A DNA stretch of 63,116 nt, counting the filler, from Sphaeroforma arctica JP610 (taxonomy: Eukaryota), in assembly GCF_001186125.1 (NCBI RefSeq). It is 6 parts of 3 records of this genome, joined end to end, with 100 filler letters (N's around TTAATTAATTAA, not from the genome) between each part and the next. Parts side by side here need not be neighbours in the genome. Positions count along the whole stretch, not along the records: positions 29,146 to 56,854 come from NW_014040537.1; 5 more parts are not named here. One strand, 5' to 3'. Under the pieces are notes generated by a model. It worked only from the letters and a program-made list of their open reading frames with translations. It was not told the DNA's origin and did not search any database. This document shows positions 37,901 through 52,200 of this stretch, piece after piece. Numbering within the stretch: the first letter of the stretch is position 1; each line of letters starts with the position of its first letter. The translations under genes were made by a program, and so were the position numbers.

Positions 37901-38644
37901 GCCCTTGATGATCGTCGTCATGCGCAGGCGTTTGCCCGGCGCCACCTCCACCAGTCCATGGTCGTGCTCATGCGCGTCCGATACCTTAGCCTGCATGATG
38001 GTCACGTGTCTTGGGTCGTGTTGCATGCGTAGATTATTGGCCCACTGTTGCTGGTTGTACGTGCTGCTGATGTAGCCCGTGATATCGTTATCCGCTAGCG
38101 GCATGCCATCCATGACCGCCAGGTAGATAAACTCAACGTCCAGGTCGTGGCACTGCTGCTCCTGATCGTACAGACTCTCCAGTGTGCGCTGCAGTTGGGT
38201 GCGCGTGTTGATCCTGTTCCCCTCCGTAAATCCCGCAAACGATACCACTACCCCCACGACCAGTTTGCGCTGCTTAGATCTGGGTGTGAAGTACGAGCCA
38301 CCCTGTACCGGCGCAAGCCCCGACCACTGTGAAATCACCGACTGCGTCTTCACTGCAGGCGCCGAACTCAGCACCAGATCATCTCTGACCTTCAGCATTG
38401 AAACCTCTGTATGCCTCATATCGTCCTCTGAGCCTCCCACCAGGCCTAAGACACTGCCGATTTTAGCTCCGTAACTTGCTATTACATAACCACTCCTCCT
38501 TGTGGCTGCTTTGAATCGACCCCAGCGAGACGGATCCACCTCCACCTCGATCTCGTCTGTAAGATACACAGTGTCATCGTCTGTGTGATCCTTCCATACT
38601 AAATCTGGATGCAGTTTCTTATCCTTGGGTTTATTGAGGGTGAT
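34971..38644 (-). CDS. Chitin synthase-like paralog 1 (degenerate motifs) fused to an LHFPL/claudin-like domain; exons 38644-36329 and 36107-34971, 5' exon not located (possibly in the gap)
   Basis: GT2 core with KVNSHEWFF, LAADNVLS and QRKRW; multiple TM helices; phase-0 intron gtaagt..ttttaccag; C-terminal LFPASW..LCG....YNPGDCSVGWSY. Confidence 0.88.
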
Positions 38645-38820
38645 CTGTAAGATTGAGTTTTAAAATGAATCGGTAGGTGAGTGAATCTTCAGAGTCAGCT
38701 ATCCATAAAAAGGTTATACAGCGGGGTACGGTTGACATACGGAAATTCGCATACGTACATCTACCTCATGGAGTAGGCGTGAGATATACTTATATTATTT
38801 TTATTATTATTACTATTATA

Positions 38821-38852
<32 letters not shown>

Positions 38853-40099
38853 CATATGTATATATGTGTATGTATATNNNNNNNNNNNNNNNNNNNNNNN
38901 NNNNNNNNNNNNNNNNNNNNNNNNNNNNNNNNNNNNNNNNNNNNNNNNNNNNNNNNNNNNNNNNNNNNNNNNNNNNNNNNNNNNNNNNNNNNNNNNNNNN
39001 NNNNNNNNNNNNNNNNNNNNNNNNNNNNNNNNNNNNNNNNNNNNNNNNNNNNNNNNNNNNNNNNNNNNNNNNNNNNNNNNNNNNNNNNNNNNNNNNNNNN
39101 NNNNNNNNNNNNNNNNNNNNNNNNNNNNNNNNNNNNNNNNNNNNNNNNNNNNNNNNNNNNNNNNNNNNNNNNNNNNNNNNNNNNNNNNNNNNNNNNNNNN
39201 NNNNNNNNNNNNNNNNNNNNNNNNNNNNNNNNNNNNNNNNNNNNNNNNNNNNNNNNNNNNNNNNNNNNNNNNNNNNNNNNNNNNNNNNNNNNNNNNNNNN
39301 NNNNNNNNNNNNNNNNNNNNNNNNNNNNNNNNNNNNNNNNNNNNNNNNNNNNNNNNNNNNNNNNNNNNNNNNNNNNNNNNNNNNNNNNNNNNNNNNNNNN
39401 NNNNNNNNNNNNNNNNNNNNNNNNNNNNNNNNNNNNNNNNNNNNNNNNNNNNNNNNNNNNNNNNNNNNNNNNNNNNNNNNNNNNNNNNNNNNNNNNNNNN
39501 NNNNNNNNNNNNNNNNNNNNNNNNNNNNNNNNNNNNNNNNNNNNNNNNNNNNNNNNNNNNNNNNNNNNNNNNNNNNNNNNNNNNNNNNNNNNNNNNNNNN
39601 NNNNNNNNNNNNNNNNNNNNNNNNNNNNNNNNNNNNNNNNNNNNNNNNNNNNNNNNNNNNNNNNNNNNNNNNNNNNNNNNNNNNNNNNNNNNNNNNNNNN
39701 NNNNNNNNNTATAAATAGTATATTAATTATACATATATATAGATATATATATATATATATAAATGTATATATGTATATATGTATATATATATATATTGGC
39801 ATATATCTTTACCTATATATCTATATAAATTTATATATATATAGTTTATACACACATAAATATATATACATTGTATACATATCTTATACGTATATATGTA
39901 TATATATATATTATGTATACATACTATAGATGTACATGTATATATGTGTATATATGTGTGTATATATATATATATATTAAATATGCGTATAAATATGGGT
40001 GTGTGTTTGTGCGTGCGAGTGTGTGTGCGCGTATGTATATATCTATATTTGTGTTTGCGTGCGTGCGTATGTCTCGTATCCAATCTGTCACGGAAAATC

Positions 40100-43000
40100 C
40101 AGCAACTCGTTTGCCTAAGTACATCCTCGGCCAAGATACTTACCTGTGCCGAGTTGTAACTGAGGACGGCGGTGAAGAATGAAACCACGATGAGCCAGTA
40201 TGACCAGTCCAACGAGCAGTCACCTGGATTGTAGTAATGTGCCGACTCACCACAGAGATAACCGCTGCTGGCGCTAACCTCTACATCCCACCACCCCACC
40301 CGGTTTGTTTTTAGGTCGAAGAAACTCATAGGGAATAGAAGGATAGCCGCCATCAGCGCGCAGATTGTGAGCCACACGTACAGCACACTGACGCCGTACA
40401 CACGCGACCTGTCCTTCGTGCACAGTGCATAGAGGCATGCGAGCATGATCAAGCCCAGGAAGATCACACACCCGAATATCAGTAATAGGGTGTAGGCCCA
40501 AAGCTGGTTCGGGAAATGCCACATCAGATCCGACCCCCACAACATCGTTTCGGATTTGTAGGGTACAACAGTGTGGAAGTCAAATTCGAAAAACAGGAGT
40601 CCATAGTACATATCCACGGAGCCACCCTCCACCGAGGTGGTGATGTCGGCTTTCATTTGTACGAAGGTCTGGTTTAGGAAGCTTTTCTTCTGGTATCTAG
40701 CCTTGTATGTGGTGTCCGGTGGGGTCGATATACCTACATACACTCTATCTGTAAGGTAATGATGGATTAACTAATATGAGGTCCTGTAGATTGCACACAT
40801 ACAATATGCATACAACTGTCACAATATACGTTCATATCCGTGATCTGAGCAACGGATATTGCACAGTCAATGCCAACCGGAGGAAAGTTATCGCGACAAC
40901 ATATTTATACATGGTCTACAACATACCGTAATCATCAGTGTATGTGAGATTCAAGTACGACAGGAAGTCGTGCATGACGTTCGTCAACTTATTTCCAATC
41001 GACCCATCCTCATTGACCGTGTAGTTAGTCGTAATAGTAGTGACAACACTGTTGTTGACATAGTAGGCATTGATACGATGGTTTGGCAAGAAGATCTTGC
41101 CCTCGAGCTCGCGTAAAGCATCCAATCGGTATAGTGTTGTCACTGTTACGACCTCGGTTCGAACATAGTTGTATATATCCATTACGTTGGCATCTTCAAT
41201 CGTCTCGTTGCTGCTCTTCAGAACGAAACTGTGTATATCCGTCGCGTTCGCATCTTCCAATGTCTCGCTGCTACTCTTGATAACACTGTCTTGTAATGTA
41301 TAGAACTGTGTACAAGTAGAAGTAGATAGCCTAAAGATTAGTTCTAATGCATACGATAGTGCCGAGTATAAATGCTGACAAAACTCTCTTATTTTAGGAA
41401 AGCACTAATCAAACACACCCAACCAAGCTCAATTATGCAACGCCTGCCCTAGTTCTATGCAATTCCCAATGCTACTAAATCAGTAAATTTAGTCTGGCGG
41501 TCGGTTATTTTGCTTCTGGGGCGTATGCGCGAGAAAGTTATTATCACAACAAGCAATGTGTTCTTCTATAGGGCTGGTCACTTACGGTTTCGTTATAGTC
41601 TGACCTGAAGATGTCTTCCCACTTCATGAAGGTTTCATTCAGAGTAACGGTGATGTTGAACCGCTGCTCCACTGGAAACGAATTCGTCAGCCACGACGTT
41701 GTGAATAGGCCTGTGAAAACACAGGCCACTGTGGTGGCGAAGAGCGTTGCACTCAGAATCTGCATCGATCGCCTAGTAAGATTCCTGACACCAGCCGACA
41801 ATATGTGCTCGGTGTAGAACAAATAGAAGCCGAAGGATAGGATCTGTTGGAAGAGAGCAATGCCCACAAAAACCATGGACATCACCATTAGACCCTGCAA
41901 GCTGTTGTAGCGCACAAAGAGTCCGCACACTGTAAAGTTCAGGCACATGACTAGGAGTAGCACTACCAACCCTATCCTTCTGTGCAGTATCCCTGTCTTA
42001 ACCGATTTCTTGCCCTTCGCTGATCCGCTTGATGGTCGATTTCCCCATGACAAATCCCACACACGGCAATAGGCATACGCAGAAAACCACGGTATGAATA
42101 TCGGCCAGAAGGCACAGAATTGAAAGAATGAGAACACCATCATAATAAACACGTCCAGGCTATGGAGCAGAGCCAAGAAGAAGGGCATGAATACGGCTAG
42201 AAGTAGAACCAGAATGGCTATGGGATCGGCGTTGGCAAATGCTGCGGTCAAACCGGCAACCACCAGCATATACGATATGCTATTCCAAACCACCACCGCA
42301 TTATACAAGCTTCTCGAGAATTTCGAGAAAAAATGCGTGAGACAGAATACTATATACAGGAGCGCCCCACAGCTGGTAATTCCCCAGGCGACGAGTTGAT
42401 TGTACCCGTCACCGCCAATATTCAAGGACTTGACGGCAAAGTATATTAGAGCCGCGAAGACACCAGGTGAGACAGTTCTGACAGCGTACAAAATAGTTTG
42501 TAACAGAAGCTGACTATAGATGACGATTTTGAACCACCAAGAGTGTGAGCCTCGGAAAATAACTCCGGGCGAGAAGAACAACAGATACAGGTACGATGCA
42601 GACGTTCCATTGATCCACCGTCGACGTTGTGTGAGAAAGCTTTTGCTGTCAGTCTCTGCTTCGGTGTAGAAAACTGCTTTGGGTACCCATCTTGTATATT
42701 TCCCAGTCATAAGACAAGCAGCGTAACTAAGGATACGATCCTCAGCGAGTAGTAGATTGCCCATAATTAAGCCATCTTCTGGTTTGATGCTGTTGACGTA
42801 GTCGATGTAGTAATCCATCGGCTTACCCCCCACAACACTCATTCGCCACAAACCGGCTGGTCCAGGTATCACAGGAAGCATACCAATCAGCGAAAATGCT
42901 CCTAAGAAACTGGAAATGGAGGCTTCATAATCGTATGCTTGCACAGCCCTGTACCACATCTGCATTAACCCCTCCGTCCTTAGAGACTGCATTGATGAAG

Positions 43001-44415
43001 ACATGACACGCTGACGCCCAGTAACAGCGCTAACGTCAGGATGCGTGTTTAAATAGTCGATGAGGTAATATAAACATCCCTGTGATAATGAAGACAAGAC
43101 AGATACAGTTAGTTAGATACAGAAAAAGGTACTTTATAATTCAGTGCCTGAAGAATAGTTACTACTGAGTCTCACAAAACGTATAACGTTAGATAAAATT
43201 AGGTGAATGCCGAGCGTAGACTGTCTAGAAGATGGCTACCACCAAGTCTGACTAAAGAGTCTCACTAAATACGATAAAGCTAGTAAGAAATAGTAATTCT
43301 GGTAAGCGTTACGGGTGTATAGTCCGAAGAGATTAATTTCTATCTAGCCAAACAAACAAAAATGCCTAAAATGTTAAGTGCCAAGCGCAAAGTTGTCCGA
43401 AGGATATTTGCTACTGGGCCGCAGAAAAAAAATCGAGTTAATTAAAAACAGCAAGGAAGTCCGGTAAGTGTCAAGCGTAGAATGCCTGTAGGAAGCTACT
43501 ACCAAGATACACAAAAACAACAGCTAAAGTACTAGTGAGATCCACAAAAAAAATAGTTAAAGTAAGGTATTTCCGGTAGGTGCAGGCACAGAATGCCTGG
43601 AGAATAGTTGCTACTACTGAGTCAACTGAAGTTGGCTAGATATAGTGGGATATTTTCGACGTGTCAAACGTAGAGTACCTGGAGCATAGCTACTACTGAG
43701 TCACTAGGAGAAGGAGGATAATTGTAAAATATACCTGTGCGTAGAGCGTCCCGCAGTCAGTCCCGAACGCATAGTCGATCTCGTATTCCGAACAGAATGC
43801 CACAAAAAACCATTCATGTGAGTTCGTTTTCCGCATATTAATTCCTTTCACTAAAGTTGTCAGTCGCATATGCTTTCCGGGAGCTATTTCAACCAGACCG
43901 TGATCTCCCAATTCATCTGTCGGCGCGGCTTGGAGTACAGATACGTACGAACGATCTTCACTCCTCAACATTGCATCGGCCCAGTGCGAATCGTTATATA
44001 TTTCATTTATGTACTGTATTGTGGATTCATCAGCCTCTGATATTCCGTCCAGTATCGCTAAATACACGAACTCAACACCTAAGTCTCTACATTCTATTTC
44101 CTGACCATGTAGTGACTCTAGAGTACGTTTCAATTCCTGCCTACCTTCATTGTAGAACGGTATCAACACACCTACAACAGTTTTGGCTTGTCTTTCCCTT
44201 GGTTTGAAGTATCCTTTACCTTTCAGTGGCGCCAATACGGGATAGGTTGTCACTAGCTTTGGTTTCCTTTTACAGGGTGGTGAATATGACCCTGTACCTT
44301 TGATGTCGTATGTATAGTTTGTGATTATGCTCGTGTCATCGGTTATATCATTATGTATGGAAGGACACGTGTTGGTGGATATTGTGTCAAAATCTCCTGT
44401 ATTTGTAAACGCCAT
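40100..44415 (-). CDS. chs: Chitin synthase paralog 2 fused to an LHFPL/claudin-like domain; exons 44415-43735, 43079-41586, 41305-40927, 40748-~40144 (3' end uncertain)
   Basis: PFYNE, ILDG, KTNSH, TDCGT, VIPG, LAEDRIL, QRRRW and SWG motifs; all introns GT..AG and frame-consistent. Confidence 0.92.
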
Positions 44416-45404
44416 TGTTGAATACTATGGTTAACTATATCCCGAGTTTTACAACCCATGTACAACTTTATTCTAAATACTTGATCTAACGTTCTGCTGG
44501 AGACAACTATATCGTCTTTAATAGTATATGGAAATTGTTATTTTTAAAGCGTCTAAGGCTCTATGAAATAATAAAATATGGCAAGCTTTGCAATTGCCAT
44601 AGCAAATACTGTACAAAGGATATGTATTCCAAAAACAACCTGAATGTGTATTTTTCTAGAAATTAATTTAGTTCATATTGCAATCTTTTGAGTGCTGAAA
44701 AAAATATTTACAAGACTTGGGAGTAAAGATTATACCTGTGGTATTTATTGTTTCATCAGTGGTTAAAACAATAAAATCCGTAAAAATGTGTTTGTTTGTT
44801 GATTGTTTTGTTTTTTTGTTTTTTTTTAAATACTGGGTCCGGTGACTCCGGTCAAGTGATTAAGGCTAAATACATACACACCTGCTCTTCATTTTTTGGA
44901 AATATAAAGAAAAAAAAGGATACAGTTTTGACTACTCCGGGAGTACTTTCGAATTTATTTAGACTTTATTTGAAACAAAACCCTTTCCAATTTTGAATTT
45001 TCTGTTTTGTATTATTGAGTTTGAGGGGGTTTTACGATGTTTCTATTTTTTTTGGCGGTATTTATGCCGGATTTCCACTGTTCCATTGGCATTTTGACCG
45101 CTTGGCCTTGCCGTGATGCCGTCGCTTGCACTTTCCTTCATCCTCACTTTTACCAAATATTTATAAATACATCATGTGTATTTGTACGGGATGTGTGCTC
45201 AGTTTTAAAAACAAATGAACAGAAGCTGTTACGAACAGTGCGAAGTCTGCGAAACAAATCTTCAATCGTATGAGAGATAGAATCAAAGTCTGCTGCGCTT
45301 TGCAGACCGAATATTGATCTATTACGGGCCTAGAGCTTCTAATCGTTACTGTATCAGCCATTCTTCAGTGTCAGCAATATCACAAATTTTATAAATACTC
45401 CAGT

Positions 45405-46831
45405 ATGAGATTCCTTGCTGGCTTTTTGGTTTGTATACTGGGAGCACATGCTGTCGAGAGTCGTGCAACATATGTAGCAGGCGTTCTATCCGTGGATGAA
45501 TTCCTGAACCTGACGATAGGAGAATACATAGCAATGACCGACACTCTATTGATAGCGGATATAAGTCCTGTCTGTTCCGCTGGACTGAATGCGATGAAAG
45601 CGACATCCAAGATTCTACCATTGGTATGTGCAGCTGTCGGCTCCGCGCCTATAGAAACTACAACAGAAAACTCTGTAGAGATAACGACGACGGAGGAGGT
45701 ATCAATAATAGGGGAGATAGTAGAAAGCGAATCGAGCACCCTCACGTCACTGAATACCATTGAAGCAAGTGCAACAGATACAACCGTGAATACAACAATC
45801 GTATACAACGGAACAGGTATTGAATCGATAATCAACCGGGCTACATTTGAGGAGCTTTTCTCACTGAGATTCAACGCTGAAGCTTGTCAAAAGGGAGTGG
45901 ATGTGCTCACTTATGACAACTTTGCCACAGCTATAAATTATTACTATCCGGAAATGGTGGTAAATAATGGGACCCGTGATCAGAAATATCGGAATGTAGC
46001 GGCATTCCTTGCTCAGATGTCTCAGGAAACATCCGGGCGTGGCGAAGGTATGTATTCATTTGACAACTCGTCACAATAATCGTGTCATCTTGCATGATCT
46101 CATATATGTGCTATTCGCTCATCGATAATTTTTTTACTAATCTACAACTTTCCAACATTGCAGGTGATCCATATTTATGGGGCCTCTGCTTTATCGAAGA
46201 GTTAATATGTGATGAGAGCTGTCCACAATATACTGACGAAGGTTCTTGGGAATACCCACCAGTACCGGGGGTGTCATACCATGGGCGAGGGCCTATTCAG
46301 ATCTCTTGGAATTACAACTACGGGCTTCTGAGTGAAGCGTTGTTCGATCACAAGGAGATTTTATTAAATAAGCCAGAAATGCTCGTAACTGATGGTGTAG
46401 TGGCATTCCGGTCTGCACTATGGTTTTGGACGACCCAGCAATGGGCGAAGCCATCGTGCTTTGATATTATGATGGAAACCGCTCCCCCGTGCCAACATGC
46501 CGGGCGAGTCCCAGGATTTGGATGGACCACCAATGTGATAAATGGTATGTGTATGCGATATTCGTTCTTTTTCTCTTCGAACAAGCCTTCTGTTCATAGT
46601 GTGTTCCCTGGACTCGACTCATACGTAGACTTCATTGCACCAATAGGTGGGCTAGAATGTGGCATAGAAACACCACAGAAGGTGGAAAACAGAGTGCAAT
46701 ACTACCTGTCAATAACAAGTGCACTGGACGTAGATCCTGGTAAATATTTGTACTGTGATGAGATGGCGAATTATAGCACCGACTTTGACTGTCCGGCACC
46801 GGAAACTACACAAGATAGCTTGGCGCAGTAA
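45405..46831 (+). CDS. Secreted GH19 chitinase with Thr/Glu-rich linker; exons 45405-46047, 46164-46544, 46647-46831
   Basis: Signal peptide; AAFLAQMSQETSG, WGLCFIEE, YHGRGPIQISWNYNYG, AFRSALWFW, KPSC, INGGLECG (after splicing). Confidence 0.93.
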
Positions 46832-47670
46832 GCACCAGCTGCTATTACATAATAGAGTACATGATGGTCGCACACTCTACAACCTCGGTGGTGCAAACTG
46901 CACTGTGTGTCTTGAAGCCCACCGACGCGGCGAATAGAAGATAAACCTCTCAGCAGAAGTCACGATTTGTAATCTGGCCGTCTACATTACATATAGAGAA
47001 CATTTGGGGGCGGACACAACTACCGATAGTCACCGCCACCACACAATATACGTACCATTGCGTTTGGTATGATCGTATCAATATTGAGATGGTTGCGTAG
47101 ATATGATTAAATAATATTAAAGATCGATTGTTTGGCGGGAGCAACTATGCATAGGAGTAACTACACCTATGTATACACGCATTTATTTTCGTGTGTGCGC
47201 AAGCATTCATGCCTTGAAAGACATCAGTATATGCACGGAAAAAATGACTTTTCTTCTTTCAGATACATATGTGTGTGTGTGTGCGTGCGCGTGTCCGTAT
47301 ATATATATAAGTATATAGGGATACATGTATAAACTCAACACACATGATTGCCACTGCAACTGTCTTCAAGTCGTTCTCGATAAATATGTACTTCTGTATA
47401 GATAAGTTTATATATATGTATAAGTCTATCTATGTGTCTATGTATGTATGTGAACATATAGGTACTTATGTATTTATACATATATATTTGTATGCATGTA
47501 AATATGTATATATATATTTATATAAATATATCTATAGATATAAATATATATATGTGTGTGTGTATTTATATGTATAAATATATATAAATATATATACATT
47601 CACATATATGTACTCATATATGTGTGTCTGTGTCTGCGTATATATGTATATTTATATTTATATATATATA

Positions 47671-47719
<49 letters not shown>

Positions 47720-47952
47720 TGTATTTGTGTATGTATATATATATGCATACAATATATATATATATGTGTGTGCGTGTGTTTGTATGTATCTATATATTTA
47801 TGTATATATATATATATTCATATCAAATAAATATATGTCTGTATCCGTGTCGGTGTCTGTAAAAATATACATATATATATATACGTACGTATGTATGTAT
47901 ATGTCTATTTACATATCTATAGATGTATATATATATATATATACATACATTC

Positions 47953-47987
<35 letters not shown>

Positions 47988-48109
47988 CTTTTATTTAGAT
48001 AAGTATACACAATAATATATATAAATATATATATATATATTTGCATTTACGTCTGTAAATGTATATATATATATATATATGTGTGTGTATCTATATATAT
48101 ATATATATA

Positions 48110-48150
<41 letters not shown>

Positions 48151-48699
48151 GTATAGTACTACGTATGTATGTATAGTAAATATATATATAGTTGGTTTCG
48201 GGTTAGATGTATGTGTGTATTATATAGTAGGTAGTAGTAGGTATATATAGTAAACCTAACTACCAACACAACTAGTGTAGTTCNNNNNNNNNNNNNNNNN
48301 NNNNNNNNNNNNNNNNNNNNNNNNNNNNNNNNNNNNNNNNNNNNNNNNNNNNNNNNNNNNNNNNNNNNNNNNNNNNNNNNNNNNNNNNNNNNNNNNNNNN
48401 NNNNNNNNNNNNNNNNNNNNNNNNNNNNNNNNNNNNNNNNNNNNNNNNNNNNNNNNNNNNNNNNNNNNNNNNNNNNNNNNNNNNNNNNNNNNNNNNNNNN
48501 NNNNNNNNNNNNNNNNNNNNNNNNNNNNNNNNNNNNNNNNNNNNNNNNNNNNNNNNNNNNNNNNNNNNNNNNNNNNNNNNNNNNNNNNNNNNNNNNNNNN
48601 NNNNNNNNNNNNNNNNNNNNNNNNNNNNNNNNNNNNNNNNNNNNNNNNNNNNNNNNNNNNNNNNNNNNNNNNNNNNNNNNNNNNNNNNNNNNNNNNNNN

Positions 48700-48761
<62 letters not shown>

Positions 48762-49267
48762 AATATATTCGCAGACATGTACATCGCCAACATTTTGCAG
48801 ATGCATTTAGATCTTGTTTAAGCTGGGCCAGACTGCTATGCCCTGAGATGTGTCTGGAGAAACTACCAGTTGCACAGGCATATACATCACCCGCGTTTGG
48901 CAGATACGTTTATATATTGTTTTAAGCTGGGTCAGACTGGTATGGTTCAGAGATGTGGTAGAGATTCTGCCCCTTTCGTAGGCATGTACATCACCCGCGG
49001 TTCGCAGATACGTTTAGAAATCGTATTGATTGCTGATTTCATTTCCATACTTGCTCCCAAACATTCAATATCAAAAATCGTGCTCAAATGGCTACACTAT
49101 GCATATCATACAGCCTCTTAAACTAGAAAAACAATGATTACATAATGACTTTATTATATTTGTTGTATATATGTGTATTTAAGTATTGAATACAGCCTCT
49201 TATACTAGCAAAACAATGATTACATAATGTCTTTAATATATCTGTTGTATATATGTGTATTTAAGTA

Positions 49268-52200
49268 TTATATGTCAACTGGGTACGCGTTCAGTTCCGC
49301 GAAATTACTATATTGTGTCGAAATGAAGTTTGTTCGTTCTGAGAGCGGACTGTGATTAATTTCTGTGTTGGAGTACGAGGCAAGCGATCGTGGATCATGG
49401 TTTGACCTCTCACTATTCATCATTGAAACAGTACTACTATTATTGGGATCTTCGAAGAACATGCGGCTATTTCTCAAACTACCACTCCTACTCGTAAACG
49501 GGTTTCGGAACTTCGATTCCCACGTACTCTTTTCCTCCTTAGCACCCGAGTGGTACCCAGTCTCCGTGTCCGTGTTCGCGTAGTTGAGTGATGTGAAGGA
49601 TATATGTGTGCAGTCGGCGAGCTTATCTTTCACATCTCTATTCGCCCCCTCCTTCTCAACGTCGACGTCGTTGTAGGTAAATGCGCTGCTGTCAAACTCG
49701 TAGGTCGGTGGGATAAACACCTTTTTCACATCCTCGGGTTTCTCTAAAGTAATTTGTGCCGAGTGGTAGCTAAATACAGCCGTGATGAACGATACCACCA
49801 CCAACCAATAGGACCATCCCATATTGCAATCGCCAGAGTTATAAAAGCCAGCACTCTCACCGCAGAGATACTGTTGCTCCTTGTTGTCGGGATTCCACCA
49901 CCCCACGTGGTACGTGTCTAGGTCCGCGAAACTCAAGGGGAACAGCAGGATCGCCGTAAAGAGCCCGATGATCGTGAACCACACATAAACCACGGCGACA
50001 CCATACACTCGAGACTTATCTTTGACCGTGAGCGCATAACAAGTGGCGAGAACCACGAGGGATAGGAAAATCACACAACCCACCATCAAGATTACGGTAT
50101 ATGACCATATAGTGTTTGGGTAATGCCACATCAAGTCCTGACCCCAAGAGATAGTCTCACTCTTGAACGGAGTTATTGTATGGAAATCGTATGATATGAA
50201 GAAGATACCATACGCAAGGTTCACGTAACCGTCGTACTCCTCAGAAACAACCTCGATGTCTTTGCGTACCACGGTCTGGTTGAAGTCCTCGATTGTGATG
50301 TATCCATTTCTATAGTCCCTGTCTGACACCGCCATCACATCCCCATAATGATTGTCTGTTTATAGGAACAGAAAAACATCAATATATTAGTGACAATACA
50401 GTGATTGTGGTAGTTACAGGACTTTGTTTGCGAGCAGGCGAAGCGTAATCTCGCGATACCAGAGCACCGTATATATCTATCATGAAAAAATACTGTGATA
50501 GCTTAAAATATCATCAGCAATCACTTACCAAATCCGTCGTAGTATGAGACATTCAGATACTCGACGTATGTCGTCATCCTGGTAGCTGACTGATTCGCAA
50601 TCGTCCCATTAACCCCGAGCGTGATGTTCACCAGATAGTTTGTGATGACTGTGTTATTCACGTAATAAGCACTGAACTTGTACTGATTCAAATCAATCCT
50701 CAATGCCAAATCTTTCAGCGGATCCATATTGTAAATTTTTGTAACGGTCTGAACCGTTTCTACAGCATACCCGGTGGTATTAACTATCACCAACTCCGCG
50801 TGATTGGCATCAGCTAAAACTTTATCTCCCTCTTGTTCTCGGAAATCCTGATTAGTTGAGATGGTATGCAAGTGGGATGCACTATTAATTCTACGCTTGC
50901 AACTGCAAAAACCAACAAAACAATGCAAGGCGACATTAAGTGCAAACAAGCCCGAGAAAACGAGAAAAAAAATTACAATTTACAGCATAGCAAACTCACC
51001 TCTTTACTCAACTGCGTCAGATACGGTCCGGTGAATGCAGTCACAGTCTGGTTCATTACGATGGTACTATTTGATCGGTTGTATACTTCCACGGAGTTGG
51101 TAAGCCAACTAGACGTGAATGTTCCGGTGAACATGCACACGACCGTAATCACGAAAAGGGTCCCGCTGAGAAATTTCATCCACTTCCTGTTGACGTTCTG
51201 AACACCAGCCGTCAACATGTGCTCAGTATAGAACAGATAGAAGATGAAAGAGAGGATCTGCTGCATGAGAGAAATGCCCACCATGACCATCGACATCATC
51301 ATTAGTGCCTGAGAGTTGTTGTAAGCCATAAAAAGACCGCACACTGTAAAATTCAGGCTCATAACTATGAGTAGTACTGCCAATCCAATCCTTTTGTGAA
51401 GTATCTCGGTTTTGTTTGCTTCCTTGCCTTCCGCAGAACCGCTTGAAGGTCGATTTCCCCAAGAAAGATCCCACACGCGGCAATAAGAATAAGCCGAGAA
51501 CCATGGTATAAATGTTGGCAGGAAAATGAAGAACTGAAAGAATGAAAACAGCATCATGATGAATACATCCAGACTGTGTAGCAGAGCCAAGAAGAAGGGC
51601 ATGAATACGGCCAGAAGAAGAATCAGGATGGCTATGGGATCCGCGTTGGCGAACGTCACGGCCACACTGGCAACGATTACCATAAATGACAGAGTGTTCC
51701 AAGTCACCACTGCATTATACAAGCTCCTCGAAAACTTCGTGAGAAAATGCGTCGCACAGAATATCAAATACATGAAGGCACTGAAACCGTTGATTGCCCA
51801 GGCCACGTACTGATTGTACTCGCTACCGCCGATGTTCAAAGATTTGACGGCGAAGTATATTAGAGTCGCAAAGATAGCAGGCGAAACAGCTGTGACCGTG
51901 TACAGTATCGTTTGCAGCAGAAGTTGACTGTATATGATAATCTTAAATGACCACGAGTGTGGTCCACGGAAAATCACTCCAGGTGAAAAGAACAGTAAAA
52001 ACAGGTACGATGCGAACGTTCCATTAATCCATCGTCGACGTTGTGTGAGAAACGCTTTGCTGTCAGTCTCTGCTTCGGTGTAGAAAACCGCTTTGGGTAC
52101 CCATCTTGTAAACTTCCCGGTCATAAGACAGGCAGCGTAACTAAGAATACGATCTTCGGCGAGTAGCAGGTTTCCCATAATTAAGCCATCCTCCGGTTTG

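Noticed and set aside
45389..45874. Antisense ORFs overlapping the chitinase and CHS genes
   Set aside because: Shadows of the real coding strand.
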